This document shows, piece after piece, positions 19,909-29,699 of a DNA stretch of 64,000 bases. The stretch's first letter is position 1. Each line of letters opens with the position of its first letter. The DNA comes from Lachnospiraceae bacterium (GTDB lineage: Bacteria > Bacillota > Clostridia > Lachnospirales > Lachnospiraceae), in the NCBI GenBank assembly GCA_017958185.1, contig JAGDDE010000029.1, forward strand, positions 29,972 to 93,971. The letters are read 5' to 3'. Under the pieces are notes generated by a model. It was not told the origin of the DNA and made no database searches. It saw only the letters and a program-made list of their open reading frames with translations. The position numbers were made by a program, and so were the translations under genes.

Positions 19909-21255
19909 TCAGGAGATCAGGAAATCTTTGCGGAAACTCAGTCCGCTGGCAGGGAACAGCTCCCCGAAGCCCCGGTCGATGGCGCGCACCGTCACATGGT
20001 TCTCCGACGAGAAGGAAACGATGACCTCGATCCGGGTCGTTTTATTGGGACGGGCGGGCAGTTCGGCCAGAGAAAGACTGATGGTCTCCACCCGCTGCGT
20101 GGCAAACGAGGTGACCAGGATCTCGAGCGTATGCACGTCATCCAGGATGAACAGCGCGGAAGCCTTGGCCTCGTACCAGTTGCTCCCCGCAGAAGCCAGC
20201 GTGAGCGGCTCGTTTTTCCCGCCCCGCACCGCGTAAAGACTGATGGTGGAGGCCAGCCGGCCTTCGCACAGGCAGATGTAGGGGTAATTGGACTGCGGCA
20301 GAGTGCTGTCATAGGCAATGAACGCCGCGCCGTCCGCAAAAAGATGCTGGCCCAGGAAGACCTTGCGCTTATTGCAGAGCTTGCGCACGAACTCCGGCGC
20401 CCAGTCGGCACTCGTGAAGCCTTCGCCGGTCAGATACACCGAGGTGATGACCTTCTTCTGCAGCAGCCGGTCCGCGCAGGCGGACAGGATCGTGTCGGCC
20501 ATTTTTTCGCCCAGCGGCGTATTGAGCAGATCCAGGTCGAAGGCCTCCTCCAGCGCCTCGCGCCGGGCTTCCAGCACCATGGGCCGCCGTCCGCGCAGCA
20601 CCTTCATCTCGTAATAATTCAGCCCGCCGTCGGTCAGATCGAAGGCCGACACCAGGTTCGTGAAGGTGTCCTTGCTCTGGCTGACCGCAAAGTAGGCAAA
20701 ACATTCGGTATGGCTCAAAAACTGCACGCGGCTGCGGGGCAGCCCCAGCCGGTCGCAGACCCGGGTCAGGCGGTCCAGCAGATCGGCATCCAGCTGCTGA
20801 AGGCTGAAGACCACCTCCGCGATCTCGTCCGTCTGGTACTGGCGGCGCGGCAGTTCCAGGACGCGCTCCAGATACAGCGTCAGCAGATCCTCCGCCGAAT
20901 ACAGCACGCCCTCGATCGTGGCCGTGCCGTCGCGCAGCAGCAGCTTGACCAGTTTGTCGACCATGGTCCCCTCGTTCATGAGCGCACGGCGGTAGCCCTC
21001 CGACCCGATCAGCCAGCGGTCGCTTCCGCGCAGTTTGCAGAGCACCGTCGGGATCAGGCAGGAAGTCTCGTCCGCGCCCAGAAGGACCGGCTCCACCGCC
21101 ATTTTTTCTGCAGAAAAACAGCTGACCTGGCTGTACGAATCGCAGATATCCACGCCTAAAATAAGTCCGCTCACCGTTTTTCCTTCCTTCCGTATCGTCA
21201 CGTCAGGGACCGATCCCCCGCGGCTCCTGTGCCGGCTGCGGGCGGTCCCGGTCAT
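19909..21255 (-). CDS. Hsp70/actin-fold ATPase-like protein of unknown function
   Basis: GVDICDSYSQV, FDLTDGGLNYYEM, VYLTGEGFTS and FADGAAFIAY resemble DnaK phosphate-1, phosphate-2 and adenosine motifs. ATG 21255 (AGGAG RBS, 11 nt after the upstream stop); GTG 21174 is an alternative start. Confidence 0.75.
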   Translation of the reverse strand: MTGTARSRHRSRGGSVPDVTIRKEGKTVSGLILGVDICDSYSQVSCFSAEKMAVEPVLLGADETSCLIPTVLCKLRGSDRWLIGSEGYRRALMNEGTMVDKLVKLLLRDGTATIEGVLYSAEDLLTLYLERVLELPRRQYQTDEIAEVVFSLQQLDADLLDRLTRVCDRLGLPRSRVQFLSHTECFAYFAVSQSKDTFTNLVSAFDLTDGGLNYYEMKVLRGRRPMVLEARREALEEAFDLDLLNTPLGEKMADTILSACADRLLQKKVITSVYLTGEGFTSADWAPEFVRKLCNKRKVFLGQHLFADGAAFIAYDSTLPQSNYPYICLCEGRLASTISLYAVRGGKNEPLTLASAGSNWYEAKASALFILDDVHTLEILVTSFATQRVETISLSLAELPARPNKTTRIEVIVSFSSENHVTVRAIDRGFGELFPASGLSFRKDFLIS

Positions 21256-21266
21256 GCCCGCTCCTG

Positions 21267-24200
21267 TCAGAGCAGGTCGAAATAATTCTTCAGTATCACA
21301 TCTTCCCGGCCGTAGGCCAGGACTTTTTCCTGCCAGGCCGGATCGTCGAAACCGCCCGCCTCCGCGATGAGTTCATTCAGTTTGCGGAAACGGTTGCGGT
21401 GGGCTGCCGGCTGCCGGTCCGGGACTGCCGTGCCTTCTGCCAGCGTCCGGCGGGTCTCTCCTTCGCCGGTAAAGATCTCATATTCCGCCCGCTCGCCCGC
21501 AAACAGCAGCAGGGAGCGCACATACACGCCGCGGTAGATCTGCGGCATTTCCGTGCGGACCGGCTCTTTGTCCTCTTGTTCGGGCAGGATGCGCAGATCG
21601 ATCTGCACACCTCCTTCTTCGCTGCCGCGGTATTCGATCAGCGTGCGGTCGGCCAGCTCGGCCGGCAGCTGGATGAAGCGGCCCAGCTTCAGCTGATACG
21701 CAAAGCGGAGCCCCTGCCGGCAAAGGCAGTCCACCATGGCCTGCGCCAGGGCATGCTCCTGCTCGTTGAGTTCGCTCTGTTCCGAAAATACGCTCGTCAG
21801 GGCCATCTGGCCGACCAGCGGCAGGTTTTCCGGCTTCCTTTCGGTCAGCGCCCAGGTCTTCAGATAATCCACGTCCCGGGCCGTCAGGGCGATCTCCCCG
21901 CGGAAATACCGGTCGCTCTGGACGATCTCATAGGCATCCTGCAGCAGTTTGTCCGGCCGTTCGGTGTTTTCCAGATACAGGCGGCAGACCCATTCCAGGT
22001 CTTTCGTATCTCCGCTGAAGAGCATCTGGCCCAGCAGCCGCTCCGGCATATCGTAGACCAGGCCGCGCCGCTCGCTGCAGCGCCGCAGGACGGCGCGCAT
22101 CTCCTCCGAACTGCCGTTGAAGAAGCGGCAGAGCTCCGTGAGCGTGACCGCGTTGTCCCAGCCCTGCCGGTACAGATACAGCGCGGCCGTAAAGATCCGC
22201 TCCTCGTATTCGTAATGCATGGTCCGGATGCTGCGGGTCACGAAGGTGCCGAGCAGTTCCGGGTCCACGCGGCGCAGATCGCAGGCGCGCAGCATCTTCA
22301 GGGCGCTTTCCCGGTCATCCAGGCGCACCGCGCCGGAAAACAGCACGCCGGCGGCCGTCTCGTCGCGTTCATCGGTCATGCACCGGCGCAGCAGCACCGT
22401 GGCCGAGGGGTCGCCGCTTTCCATGACCGCCACCGCCTTCTGCAGCAGCGCGTTGCGGCAGCCGCTCTCCAGGCGGTCCCAGCCCAGGCAGCGGCCCAGA
22501 GCCGGATAATCCTGCGGTCCGACCTGCTTTTCGCTCAGCCGGCGCACTTCGCGCAGGCGCACGCCTTCTTTGTCCGGGCAATAGCGGACGCAGGCATCGG
22601 CCAGCGCTTCGGTCTGCCGCATGAGCGGCGCATGTTTCTCGCGCACCCGGCTCCAGCGCAAACCGCGGGCGTCCTCAAAGAGCACGCGGCAGTCCTTCGT
22701 GTAGCAGGGGACCATCGCCCGGCCGTTTTCCACCGGATACAGTTCCTCCGCTTTCAGCTCCGGATACAGGACCGCCACCCGGCGGATATCCGAACCCTCA
22801 AAGCGGTACTGCTGCATATACAGCATATCGTACAGAAGGCCGGCCGTTTTTTCCTCCAGCACTTCGGGGATGAACATGCGCTCATAAAGGCCGGCCATCT
22901 CTTCGCCGGCCTCGCCGGCCAGCAGCTGCTCCAGCGCATAGCTCTGCATCTGCTTCTCATACAGCCGGTATACATGGCTCTCCGGCGGGAAGAAGCGGAG
23001 GATGTTCGCGTAGAGCGCGCGCCTGGCCTCGGGAAGTTCCGGACTGTTGTAGGAAAAATACAGCAGCACGAACTTGGGCAGCGGTTTTTCCTGCTCCTTC
23101 GGGAGCGTGCAGAGATAGTATTCGTACAGTCTGGTCAGCCGGATATCCTCGTCCAGGCCTTCGGCGTACCAGTGATGATATTCGGGACGGAGTTTTTCGC
23201 TGCCGATGAGGAGCCGCAGGATCGCCTCCAGGATACGCCGGTCCGGATACGACGCATACAGGCCCGCCAGGATCCGGTAATAGCTCGGATGCCAGCCCTC
23301 CCGGTTCTCCACCCAGTGGGCGGCCGTCCGGGCCATTTCCTGCGTCCAGGCGCCGAAGCGCGCGCCGAACAGCAGGATCCGCCGCTCAAAGGCATCGCCT
23401 TCCCGCAGCAGTTCGGGATGCTCGTTGTAAATATGGCAGGCTTCCAGCTTGAGCATGGGGTCCATCAGGCCCTCCGCCTCGAAGGCGCGGATCTTCCGGA
23501 TGGCCTCCGCGGGCGAGGGCTGTTCCAGCTCGTCCATGCGCAGCCCCAGCAGGAAGGACATGGGATCGTCCAGCCCTTCCTCGCGGAAGCGCGCCAGCAG
23601 CCGGCCGACGCCGGCCACGCTGTCCCGGCTGGTCCCCAGAAGCGCCTCCAGATACAGATACCACAGATAAACGGAAGGCTCCCTGCTGCGGCTGCGCTGG
23701 GCTTCCACGCGCAGTTCGGCCAGCAGCGCCCGCTCCTCCGCACGGCGTTCCATACGGGCCAGGAGCACCGCTTTCAAGACCTTCATGGACAGATTCGGCT
23801 CACCGAAGGCAGTGCAGGCATCCCAGGCATCAGCCAACTCCTGCGCAAGGGCGGCGGGACGGTCCGAGGTAAAGACCCGGATCACGGTCCTGTCAAAATG
23901 CAGCAGGGCCGCGCGGGCGTTGCGGGCCTCTTCGCGTTCTTTCTGCTCATCGCCCGCTTCCGGCCACACTTCCAGCGGCACGGTATACCGCGCGAAGCCG
24001 GCATCCAGGATGACCGCGCCCAGGTTCTTTCCGGCATGCAGCCGCCGGCGCGAGAAGAGGACCGGCAGCCGGCATTCATCGCCGATAAAATCGGCATCGG
24101 AAAGACTGTCGGCCGGCACCCGCAGGAAGTCGCCCTCCGTGGCCAGCTGAATGCTCAGAAAACCGGGACGGTCGCGGCGGATCACGATCTCCGCACGGTC

Positions 24201-24824
24201 CTCGCCCGCTTTCAGGCGGTAACGGTGCACCGTCTCGTCCACCGTGAGCCGTACGCGCTTTTGCAGTCCGGCAGCGGTCATGAATTCGTCCAGACCCTGC
24301 CGGCTGCTGCGGGAACGGCGCAGACCGTCCGCGAGCAGGCGCAGTCTGGCATCGCCTGCCACCGGCGCCAGATTGCGGAACAGCGGCGAATCAAAGCAGC
24401 GCGCCAGCGCCTCGGGATCTTTCTGATACAGGGCCAGCAGTTCCCCGCGGTCGGCGGGCATCTCTTCGCGGGCCAGCACGGCCTGCCGCACGGAAAAGCG
24501 GTACGGGACCGTGAATTCTCCGCCGGTGGTCACAAAGGAAAACGCGCCGGAAAGCTCCGCCGGTTCGCGCAGGCGCTCGCTGTGGACGATATAAATGACC
24601 TCCGTCTCGAGCCCGCCGAACTGGCTGTCGGCGATCTCGATCCGCTCGTCGTCCGCGTACCAGACCCCCCGGAAAGACAGCCGGTTCCGGCTCTCCAGAC
24701 GGAAACTGCCGCGGTAGATCTGCCCGCAGGTGACCGTATCGCGGACTTCTGCGGGGGTTATCTCTATATGGGGCTGTGTCTGATCGACAAAGCCTTTGGC
24801 CAGTCTGGCAACCTTCTTCTTCAC
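21267..24824 (-). CDS. Very large (1185 aa) helical-repeat protein of unknown function
   Basis: Uninterrupted ORF with GTG start 10 nt after the rarA stop (AAGAGGTG RBS). Beta-rich roughly 110-aa N-terminus, then more than 1000 aa of L/R/E-rich helical repeats. No catalytic motif recognised. Confidence 0.8.
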   Translation of the reverse strand: MKKKVARLAKGFVDQTQPHIEITPAEVRDTVTCGQIYRGSFRLESRNRLSFRGVWYADDERIEIADSQFGGLETEVIYIVHSERLREPAELSGAFSFVTTGGEFTVPYRFSVRQAVLAREEMPADRGELLALYQKDPEALARCFDSPLFRNLAPVAGDARLRLLADGLRRSRSSRQGLDEFMTAAGLQKRVRLTVDETVHRYRLKAGEDRAEIVIRRDRPGFLSIQLATEGDFLRVPADSLSDADFIGDECRLPVLFSRRRLHAGKNLGAVILDAGFARYTVPLEVWPEAGDEQKEREEARNARAALLHFDRTVIRVFTSDRPAALAQELADAWDACTAFGEPNLSMKVLKAVLLARMERRAEERALLAELRVEAQRSRSREPSVYLWYLYLEALLGTSRDSVAGVGRLLARFREEGLDDPMSFLLGLRMDELEQPSPAEAIRKIRAFEAEGLMDPMLKLEACHIYNEHPELLREGDAFERRILLFGARFGAWTQEMARTAAHWVENREGWHPSYYRILAGLYASYPDRRILEAILRLLIGSEKLRPEYHHWYAEGLDEDIRLTRLYEYYLCTLPKEQEKPLPKFVLLYFSYNSPELPEARRALYANILRFFPPESHVYRLYEKQMQSYALEQLLAGEAGEEMAGLYERMFIPEVLEEKTAGLLYDMLYMQQYRFEGSDIRRVAVLYPELKAEELYPVENGRAMVPCYTKDCRVLFEDARGLRWSRVREKHAPLMRQTEALADACVRYCPDKEGVRLREVRRLSEKQVGPQDYPALGRCLGWDRLESGCRNALLQKAVAVMESGDPSATVLLRRCMTDERDETAAGVLFSGAVRLDDRESALKMLRACDLRRVDPELLGTFVTRSIRTMHYEYEERIFTAALYLYRQGWDNAVTLTELCRFFNGSSEEMRAVLRRCSERRGLVYDMPERLLGQMLFSGDTKDLEWVCRLYLENTERPDKLLQDAYEIVQSDRYFRGEIALTARDVDYLKTWALTERKPENLPLVGQMALTSVFSEQSELNEQEHALAQAMVDCLCRQGLRFAYQLKLGRFIQLPAELADRTLIEYRGSEEGGVQIDLRILPEQEDKEPVRTEMPQIYRGVYVRSLLLFAGERAEYEIFTGEGETRRTLAEGTAVPDRQPAAHRNRFRKLNELIAEAGGFDDPAWQEKVLAYGREDVILKNYFDLL

Positions 24825-24834
24825 GGGACACCTC

Positions 24835-26154
24835 TTACTCCAGCGTTTTCAGCCAATCCAGATAACGTTTGATGTCTTTCTCATATCCGTTGTCTCCCGG
24901 TTCAAAGAACCGGGCGTCTTTCACTTCGTTCGGCAGGTACTGCTGCTTCACGTAATGTCCCGGGAAATCGTGCGCATACCGGTACGCCGGTTTTTCGCCT
25001 TCTCCCGCCGACATGGCGTGAATGTTCATCAGATGCAGCGGCACCGTCTCCACTTCCACGTTCTCCACAGCGGATGCGGCCCGTTCCAGCGCCATATACG
25101 AAGCGTTGCTTTTGGGCGCGGTCGCGATGTAGACGGCGGCCTCCGCGAGCGGGATGCGTCCTTCCGGCATGCCCACACGTTCCACGGTCTCCGCCGCTGC
25201 CACGGCCACAAGGAGCGCCCGGGGGTCGGCCATGCCCACGTCCTCCGCCGCGCAGATCATGATGCGCCGCGCGATGAATCTGGGATCCTCTCCGGCGCGG
25301 ATCATGCGGGCCAGATAGTAGACGGCCGCGTCCGGATCGGAGCCGCGCATGCTCTTGATGAAGGCGGAGATCACGTCATAATGCCCGTCGCCGCCCTTAT
25401 CGTAGCGGATGCTCCGCTTCTGGATGCACTCCTCCGCCACGGCCAGGGTGAGGTGAATCTTCCCGTCGGCCGAGGGTTCCGTAGTCAGAAGGCCCAGTTC
25501 CACGGCATTGAGGGCGCGGCGGGCATCGCCGCCGGCCATATCGGCCAGAAAAGCGGCTGCTTCGTCCGTGATCACGCCCCCGTAGATCCCCATGCCGCGT
25601 TCCTTATCTTCCACCGCCCGGTGGATGAGTTTCAGCACGTCGCCCCTGCCTAGCGGCTTCAGTTCAAAAATATTTGACCGTGAAAGCAGCGCTTTGTTCA
25701 CTTCAAAATACGGATTCTCCGTCGTGGCGCCGATCAGCACCACCGTTCCGTCTTCCACAAAGGGGAGCAAATAATCCTGCTGGGCTTTATTGAAACGGTG
25801 GATCTCGTCGATGAACAAAATGGTGCGCCGTCCGTACGCCGCCCGCAGGCGCTTTGCCTCCTCTACGACGGTTTCCATTTCCTTCTTGCCGGAGGTGGTC
25901 GCGTTGATCTGGCAGAACGCCGCCTTCGTGGTCGCGGCGATCACCGAGGCCAGCGTGGTCTTCCCCGTGCCGGGCGGCCCGTAAAAGATCAGCGAGGACA
26001 GCCGGTCCGCCCGGATCGCCCGGTAGAGCAGTTTGTCCTGCGAAAGGATATGCTCCTGCCCCACGATCTCTTCCAGCGATCGCGGACGCATGCGCAGCGC
26101 CAGCGGCGCCTCCTTCTCCTTTGCCTGTTCATTCATGTATTCAAAAAGATCCAT
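24835..26154 (-). CDS. rarA: Replication-associated recombination protein A (AAA+ ATPase)
   Basis: Trimmed to ATG 26154. Walker A GPPGTGKTT, Walker B LFIDEIHRF, and a MgsA C-terminal region (..HLMNIHA..YRYAHDFPGHYV). Confidence 0.9.
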   Translation of the reverse strand: MDLFEYMNEQAKEKEAPLALRMRPRSLEEIVGQEHILSQDKLLYRAIRADRLSSLIFYGPPGTGKTTLASVIAATTKAAFCQINATTSGKKEMETVVEEAKRLRAAYGRRTILFIDEIHRFNKAQQDYLLPFVEDGTVVLIGATTENPYFEVNKALLSRSNIFELKPLGRGDVLKLIHRAVEDKERGMGIYGGVITDEAAAFLADMAGGDARRALNAVELGLLTTEPSADGKIHLTLAVAEECIQKRSIRYDKGGDGHYDVISAFIKSMRGSDPDAAVYYLARMIRAGEDPRFIARRIMICAAEDVGMADPRALLVAVAAAETVERVGMPEGRIPLAEAAVYIATAPKSNASYMALERAASAVENVEVETVPLHLMNIHAMSAGEGEKPAYRYAHDFPGHYVKQQYLPNEVKDARFFEPGDNGYEKDIKRYLDWLKTLE

Positions 26155-26552
26155 GACTGATCCCAACCTTCTGATCCCGCAGAGCTCGAAAAGCCGTGCG
26201 ACATTTTTCCTCTTAACACTATAGCACAAAAACCGCGCCGGGGGAAGAGCGAAAGAGGAAAAAGCACGCACTGGCGGAGGCGCAGGGAAAGCGGGCCTTA
26301 AGAATCGAAAGCAAAAACATCCAACTACAAAATTTTCGAAGTTTTTACAAAAACCTGTCCAAAATCCATCTTATTTACGACTATATACTCGGAGTTTCCG
26401 ATTACACGTTTGCTCAAAACTATGTCAAGCAGTATCTGCGCTGAGAAATCGCCATAAGCTGACCTGAAGGGCTTGTTTGAGGCTGTTCTTTGACAGTTTC
26501 CTGCCCGATAAGTCATGAACGGTCCTTTTAGTTTTCTCCTCCCATACCTTAC

Positions 26553-26595
26553 GAGCGGAGAGGCGTCAGAACGACGTCCCCTCCGCTCTTTTTCT
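26553..26595 (+). terminator. Intrinsic terminator-like hairpin with no obvious upstream plus-strand gene
   Basis: GAGCGGAGAGG..CCCCTCCGCTC stem followed by TTTTTCT. Confidence 0.5.
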
Positions 26596-26596
26596 C

Positions 26597-26625
26597 TTGT
26601 GAAGCCTCGTTTTTTCTGTTATAAT
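26597..26625 (+). promoter_or_regulatory. Sigma-A-like promoter of trkA-trkH
   Basis: TTGTGA - 17 nt - TATAAT, about 120 nt upstream of the trkA ATG. Confidence 0.6.
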
Positions 26626-26744
26626 ACGGTATTAGGAAGAGGAGGCCGTCTGCGGATCTGCCGGACGCAAGTCCCGGCGACGGCTGCTGATTCCATATGA
26701 CTGCTGCAAAGCCGGGCACACAGGGCCCGGTCCGGGGAGAGAGC

Positions 26745-28100
26745 ATGAAAATACTGATTGCGGGAGCCGGCAAGGTCGGCGCGACCATGGTCCGCCAACT
26801 GTCCGATTCCGATCTTGAGATCGTACTGATCGACAACGACAAAGAGGCTCTGGAGGCAAACTGCGAGCGCTATGACGTGATGGGGCTCCTCGGCAATTGC
26901 GCCTCGGTGCCGGTCCTTGAGGAAGCCGGTGTGGCGCAGGCCGATCTGCTGATCGCTGCCACCAGCCTGGACGAGGTCAATCTGCTCTGCTGCGCCACGG
27001 CGCATCACCTGAATCCCCGGCTCCATACCATTGCCCGGGTACGCGATCCGGAATACTCCGACGAAATCTTTACGCTGAAGGAATTCTTCGGCCTGTCCAT
27101 GACCATCAATCCGGAACAGACAGCCGCCGAAGAGATCGCCTCTCTGATCCGGTATCCCGCCTTCCTCCAGCGCGACCGCTTCGCCAAAGGCAAGGTGGAG
27201 ATCGTCGAACTGCAGGTCGAAGAAAACAGCCCCATGTGCCACGTGGCCCTGAAGGATCTCAGCCGCGTGGCGGGTTGCCGCGTGCTGGTGTGCGCGGTCA
27301 TCCGGGACGGCAAGTCCGTTTCGCCCGGCGGCTCCTTCGTGCTGGAGGCCGGCGACCGCATCGAGGTCACCGCTCCGGCCAGCAACCTCAACAAAATGCT
27401 TCGTCACCTGGGTTTCATCACCGTCAAACCTCGCCGCGTCATCCTCTGCGGAGGCGGCAAGGTGAGTTATTATCTTTCCCGCCGTCTGATCACGAACGGG
27501 ATCGAGGTGCAGATCATCGACTCCGACCCCGAACGCTGCCGCACGCTGGCGGAAAGCCTGCCGGAGGTCTCCGTGATCTGCGGCGATGCCACGGACAAGG
27601 AACTTCTGGAAAAAGAAGGCCTTTCCTCCTGCGACGCGCTGGTGACCCTGACCGGCCGCGACGAGATCAACGTGCTCATTTCCCTCTATGCCCGCAGCCG
27701 CGGGGTCCCTCAGGTCATCACCAAACAGAGCGACACCGGCCGCTTCGCGATCCTGGGCGAACTTCCGCTGGGGGCCGTCATTTCGCCTAAGGAACTGTGT
27801 TCCAACGCGATCGTCCAGTATGTGCGCACCTTCCGTGACCAGAGCGGCGATACACCCGTCTCTGTGCAGCCCATCGCGGACGGCGCGGCTCAGGCCTGCG
27901 AATTCCTGATCCGGGACGATGAGCCTCACCAGAACATCCCGTTAAAGGATCTGAAACTAAAGCCCGGCATTCTGATCGCCGCTGTCACGCGCGGCCGCTC
28001 CACCATGATCGCCGACGGCGCCTCCTCCTTCAAGGGAGGGGATTCCGTGATCGTCGTAGCCGGCAGCGAACTGCTGCATTTCCGGGATATTTTCGCCTGA
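26745..28100 (+). CDS. trkA: Trk system potassium uptake protein TrkA
   Basis: Trimmed to ATG 26745 (GGGGAGAGAGC upstream). Two Rossmann repeats (IAGAGKVGATMV; CGGGKVSYYL) plus RCK_C-like segments. Confidence 0.9.
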   Translation: MKILIAGAGKVGATMVRQLSDSDLEIVLIDNDKEALEANCERYDVMGLLGNCASVPVLEEAGVAQADLLIAATSLDEVNLLCCATAHHLNPRLHTIARVRDPEYSDEIFTLKEFFGLSMTINPEQTAAEEIASLIRYPAFLQRDRFAKGKVEIVELQVEENSPMCHVALKDLSRVAGCRVLVCAVIRDGKSVSPGGSFVLEAGDRIEVTAPASNLNKMLRHLGFITVKPRRVILCGGGKVSYYLSRRLITNGIEVQIIDSDPERCRTLAESLPEVSVICGDATDKELLEKEGLSSCDALVTLTGRDEINVLISLYARSRGVPQVITKQSDTGRFAILGELPLGAVISPKELCSNAIVQYVRTFRDQSGDTPVSVQPIADGAAQACEFLIRDDEPHQNIPLKDLKLKPGILIAAVTRGRSTMIADGASSFKGGDSVIVVAGSELLHFRDIFA

Positions 28101-28115
28101 TGCGGGGAGTCTGTC

Positions 28116-29564
28116 ATGAACTATAAATCCATCGGTCATTTCGTTGCCCTGATCGCCGCCATCGAGGCGGTCTTCCTGCTTCCGGCGTTGCTCCTGGCGC
28201 TGGCCTTCGGCGAGCCGCAGGCGGTCTTCCCGCTGCTGTGGACCATCGGCATCGCACTGGCGCTGAGCGGTCTGCTGTTCCTGCTCACGCGCGGCGCACG
28301 CCGGGAATTCCACGAGAAGGAAGGCCTGGCCTGTGTGAGCCTCGGATGGATCGTCATGAGTCTCATCGGCTGCCTGCCTTTCTTCTTTTCCGGCAAGATC
28401 CCGAGCTTCGTGGACGCGCTCTTCGAGTCGGTCTCCGGTTTTACGACGACCGGTTCCACCATCCTGAGCGAAGTGGCCTCCTGGCCGCGCAGCCTGCTCT
28501 ACTGGCGCAGCTTTACGCACTGGGTAGGCGGCATGGGTGTGCTGGTGCTGCTGCTGGCCCTCGCCCCTACCGGCGGACAGGGTTTTACCATGCACCTGAT
28601 GCGGGCGGAAAGCCCCGGGCCCAGCGTCGGCAAGCTGGTCCCGCAGATCCGCAAGACGGCCCGGATCCTGTATCTGATCTATTTTGCTCTGACGCTTCTG
28701 GAGACCGTTTTGCTGCTGATCGCACGGATGCCGCTGTTCGATGCGGTCTGCATCGCGTTCGGCACGGCCGGCACCGGCGGCTTCGGCGTGACCAACGGCG
28801 GTCTGGCAGACTACTCTCCCGCCATCCAGACCATCGTGGGCGTTTTTATGTTTATTTTCGGCGTGAACTTCAGCTGCTACTACCTGATCCTCATCGGAAA
28901 GATCAAAAACGTGCTGAAGGACGAAGAGATGCGCTGGTATATGGCGTTTTCGGCTATCGGGATCGCGGTGATCACCTTCAATATCCGCGCGCAGTACGGA
29001 ACGCTTGGCGAATCGCTCCGCCACGCCTTCTTCCAGGTGGGCTCCATCATCTCCACGACCGGTTTTGCCACGACAGACTTCAACCAGTGGCCGCTGCTCT
29101 CGCAGGCGATTCTGGTCTTCTTTATGTTCACCGGCGCCAGTGCCGGCTCTACCTGCGGCGGCATGAAGATGAGCCGCGTGATCATGGTCCTCAAAAACCT
29201 GCGTCGCAATCTGCGCCAGATCATCCGGCCCAACCGCGTGAGCGTCGTGCGGGTCAACAAAGCAGCTGTGGACGAGGGGATCCTTTCCAATGTGAACACC
29301 TACCTGGCCTGCTACGTGATCATCCTGATTGTCAGTTTCCTGCTGCTCGCACCGGATATGCCGGATATGACCTCCGGTTTTACCGCGATCGTGGCCTGCT
29401 TCAATAATATCGGTCCCGGCCTGAACGTGGTCGGTCCCATGGGCAACTTCTCCGGCTTCAGCGATTTCTCCAAGATCGTCCTGATCTTTGACATGCTGGC
29501 CGGGCGCCTGGAGATCTTCCCCATGCTGGCGCTCTTCTCTACGGCCACCTGGAGCCACCGCTGA
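28116..29564 (+). CDS. trkH: TrkH-family potassium transporter
   Basis: 482-aa polytopic ORF 15 nt after trkA. Repeated pore-loop-like GFTTTG/STTGFAT segments. Confidence 0.9.
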   Translation: MNYKSIGHFVALIAAIEAVFLLPALLLALAFGEPQAVFPLLWTIGIALALSGLLFLLTRGARREFHEKEGLACVSLGWIVMSLIGCLPFFFSGKIPSFVDALFESVSGFTTTGSTILSEVASWPRSLLYWRSFTHWVGGMGVLVLLLALAPTGGQGFTMHLMRAESPGPSVGKLVPQIRKTARILYLIYFALTLLETVLLLIARMPLFDAVCIAFGTAGTGGFGVTNGGLADYSPAIQTIVGVFMFIFGVNFSCYYLILIGKIKNVLKDEEMRWYMAFSAIGIAVITFNIRAQYGTLGESLRHAFFQVGSIISTTGFATTDFNQWPLLSQAILVFFMFTGASAGSTCGGMKMSRVIMVLKNLRRNLRQIIRPNRVSVVRVNKAAVDEGILSNVNTYLACYVIILIVSFLLLAPDMPDMTSGFTAIVACFNNIGPGLNVVGPMGNFSGFSDFSKIVLIFDMLAGRLEIFPMLALFSTATWSHR

Positions 29565-29637
29565 TCCGGGCGTTTGTGGTTTCTTCTCCCGCCGGCTTCC
29601 TATGCGCAGCGGTCTTCTTCCGGTTTCGGCTTCTTTT

Positions 29638-29662
29638 CCGCAGATCCTTCTGCGGATTTTTC
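29638..29662 (+). terminator. Intrinsic terminator after trkH
   Basis: CCGCAGA-TCCT-TCTGCGG followed by ATTTTT. Confidence 0.7.
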
Positions 29663-29699
29663 ATTCTCAAAAATGATTTTTGAAAAAAGTGAAAATAGT

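Noticed and set aside
17641-24872. Very long plus-strand ORFs (17641..21159, 1172 aa; 21399..24872, 1157 aa) opposite the minus-strand genes.
   Set aside because: These are shadow ORFs typical of GC-rich DNA. Their products are R/G/A/P/H-rich low-complexity sequence with no motifs and no RBS. The opposite strand carries clean, motif-bearing genes (isp genes, the Hsp70-fold ATPase and others).
26325-26516. 63-aa minus-strand ORF in the AT-rich patch.
   Set aside because: It has only a weak AAGGA upstream and no recognisable family. Its length is at the noise level for AT-rich sequence.
26626-26744. The roughly 120-nt trkA leader, considered as a c-di-AMP (ydaO/kimA-type) riboswitch because K+ transporters are frequent targets.
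   Set aside because: I could not find the remembered conserved elements (the GGGGACCCA-like and ACGGGG/GAAUC blocks, or pseudo-twofold symmetry). Only an Rfam scan could settle it.
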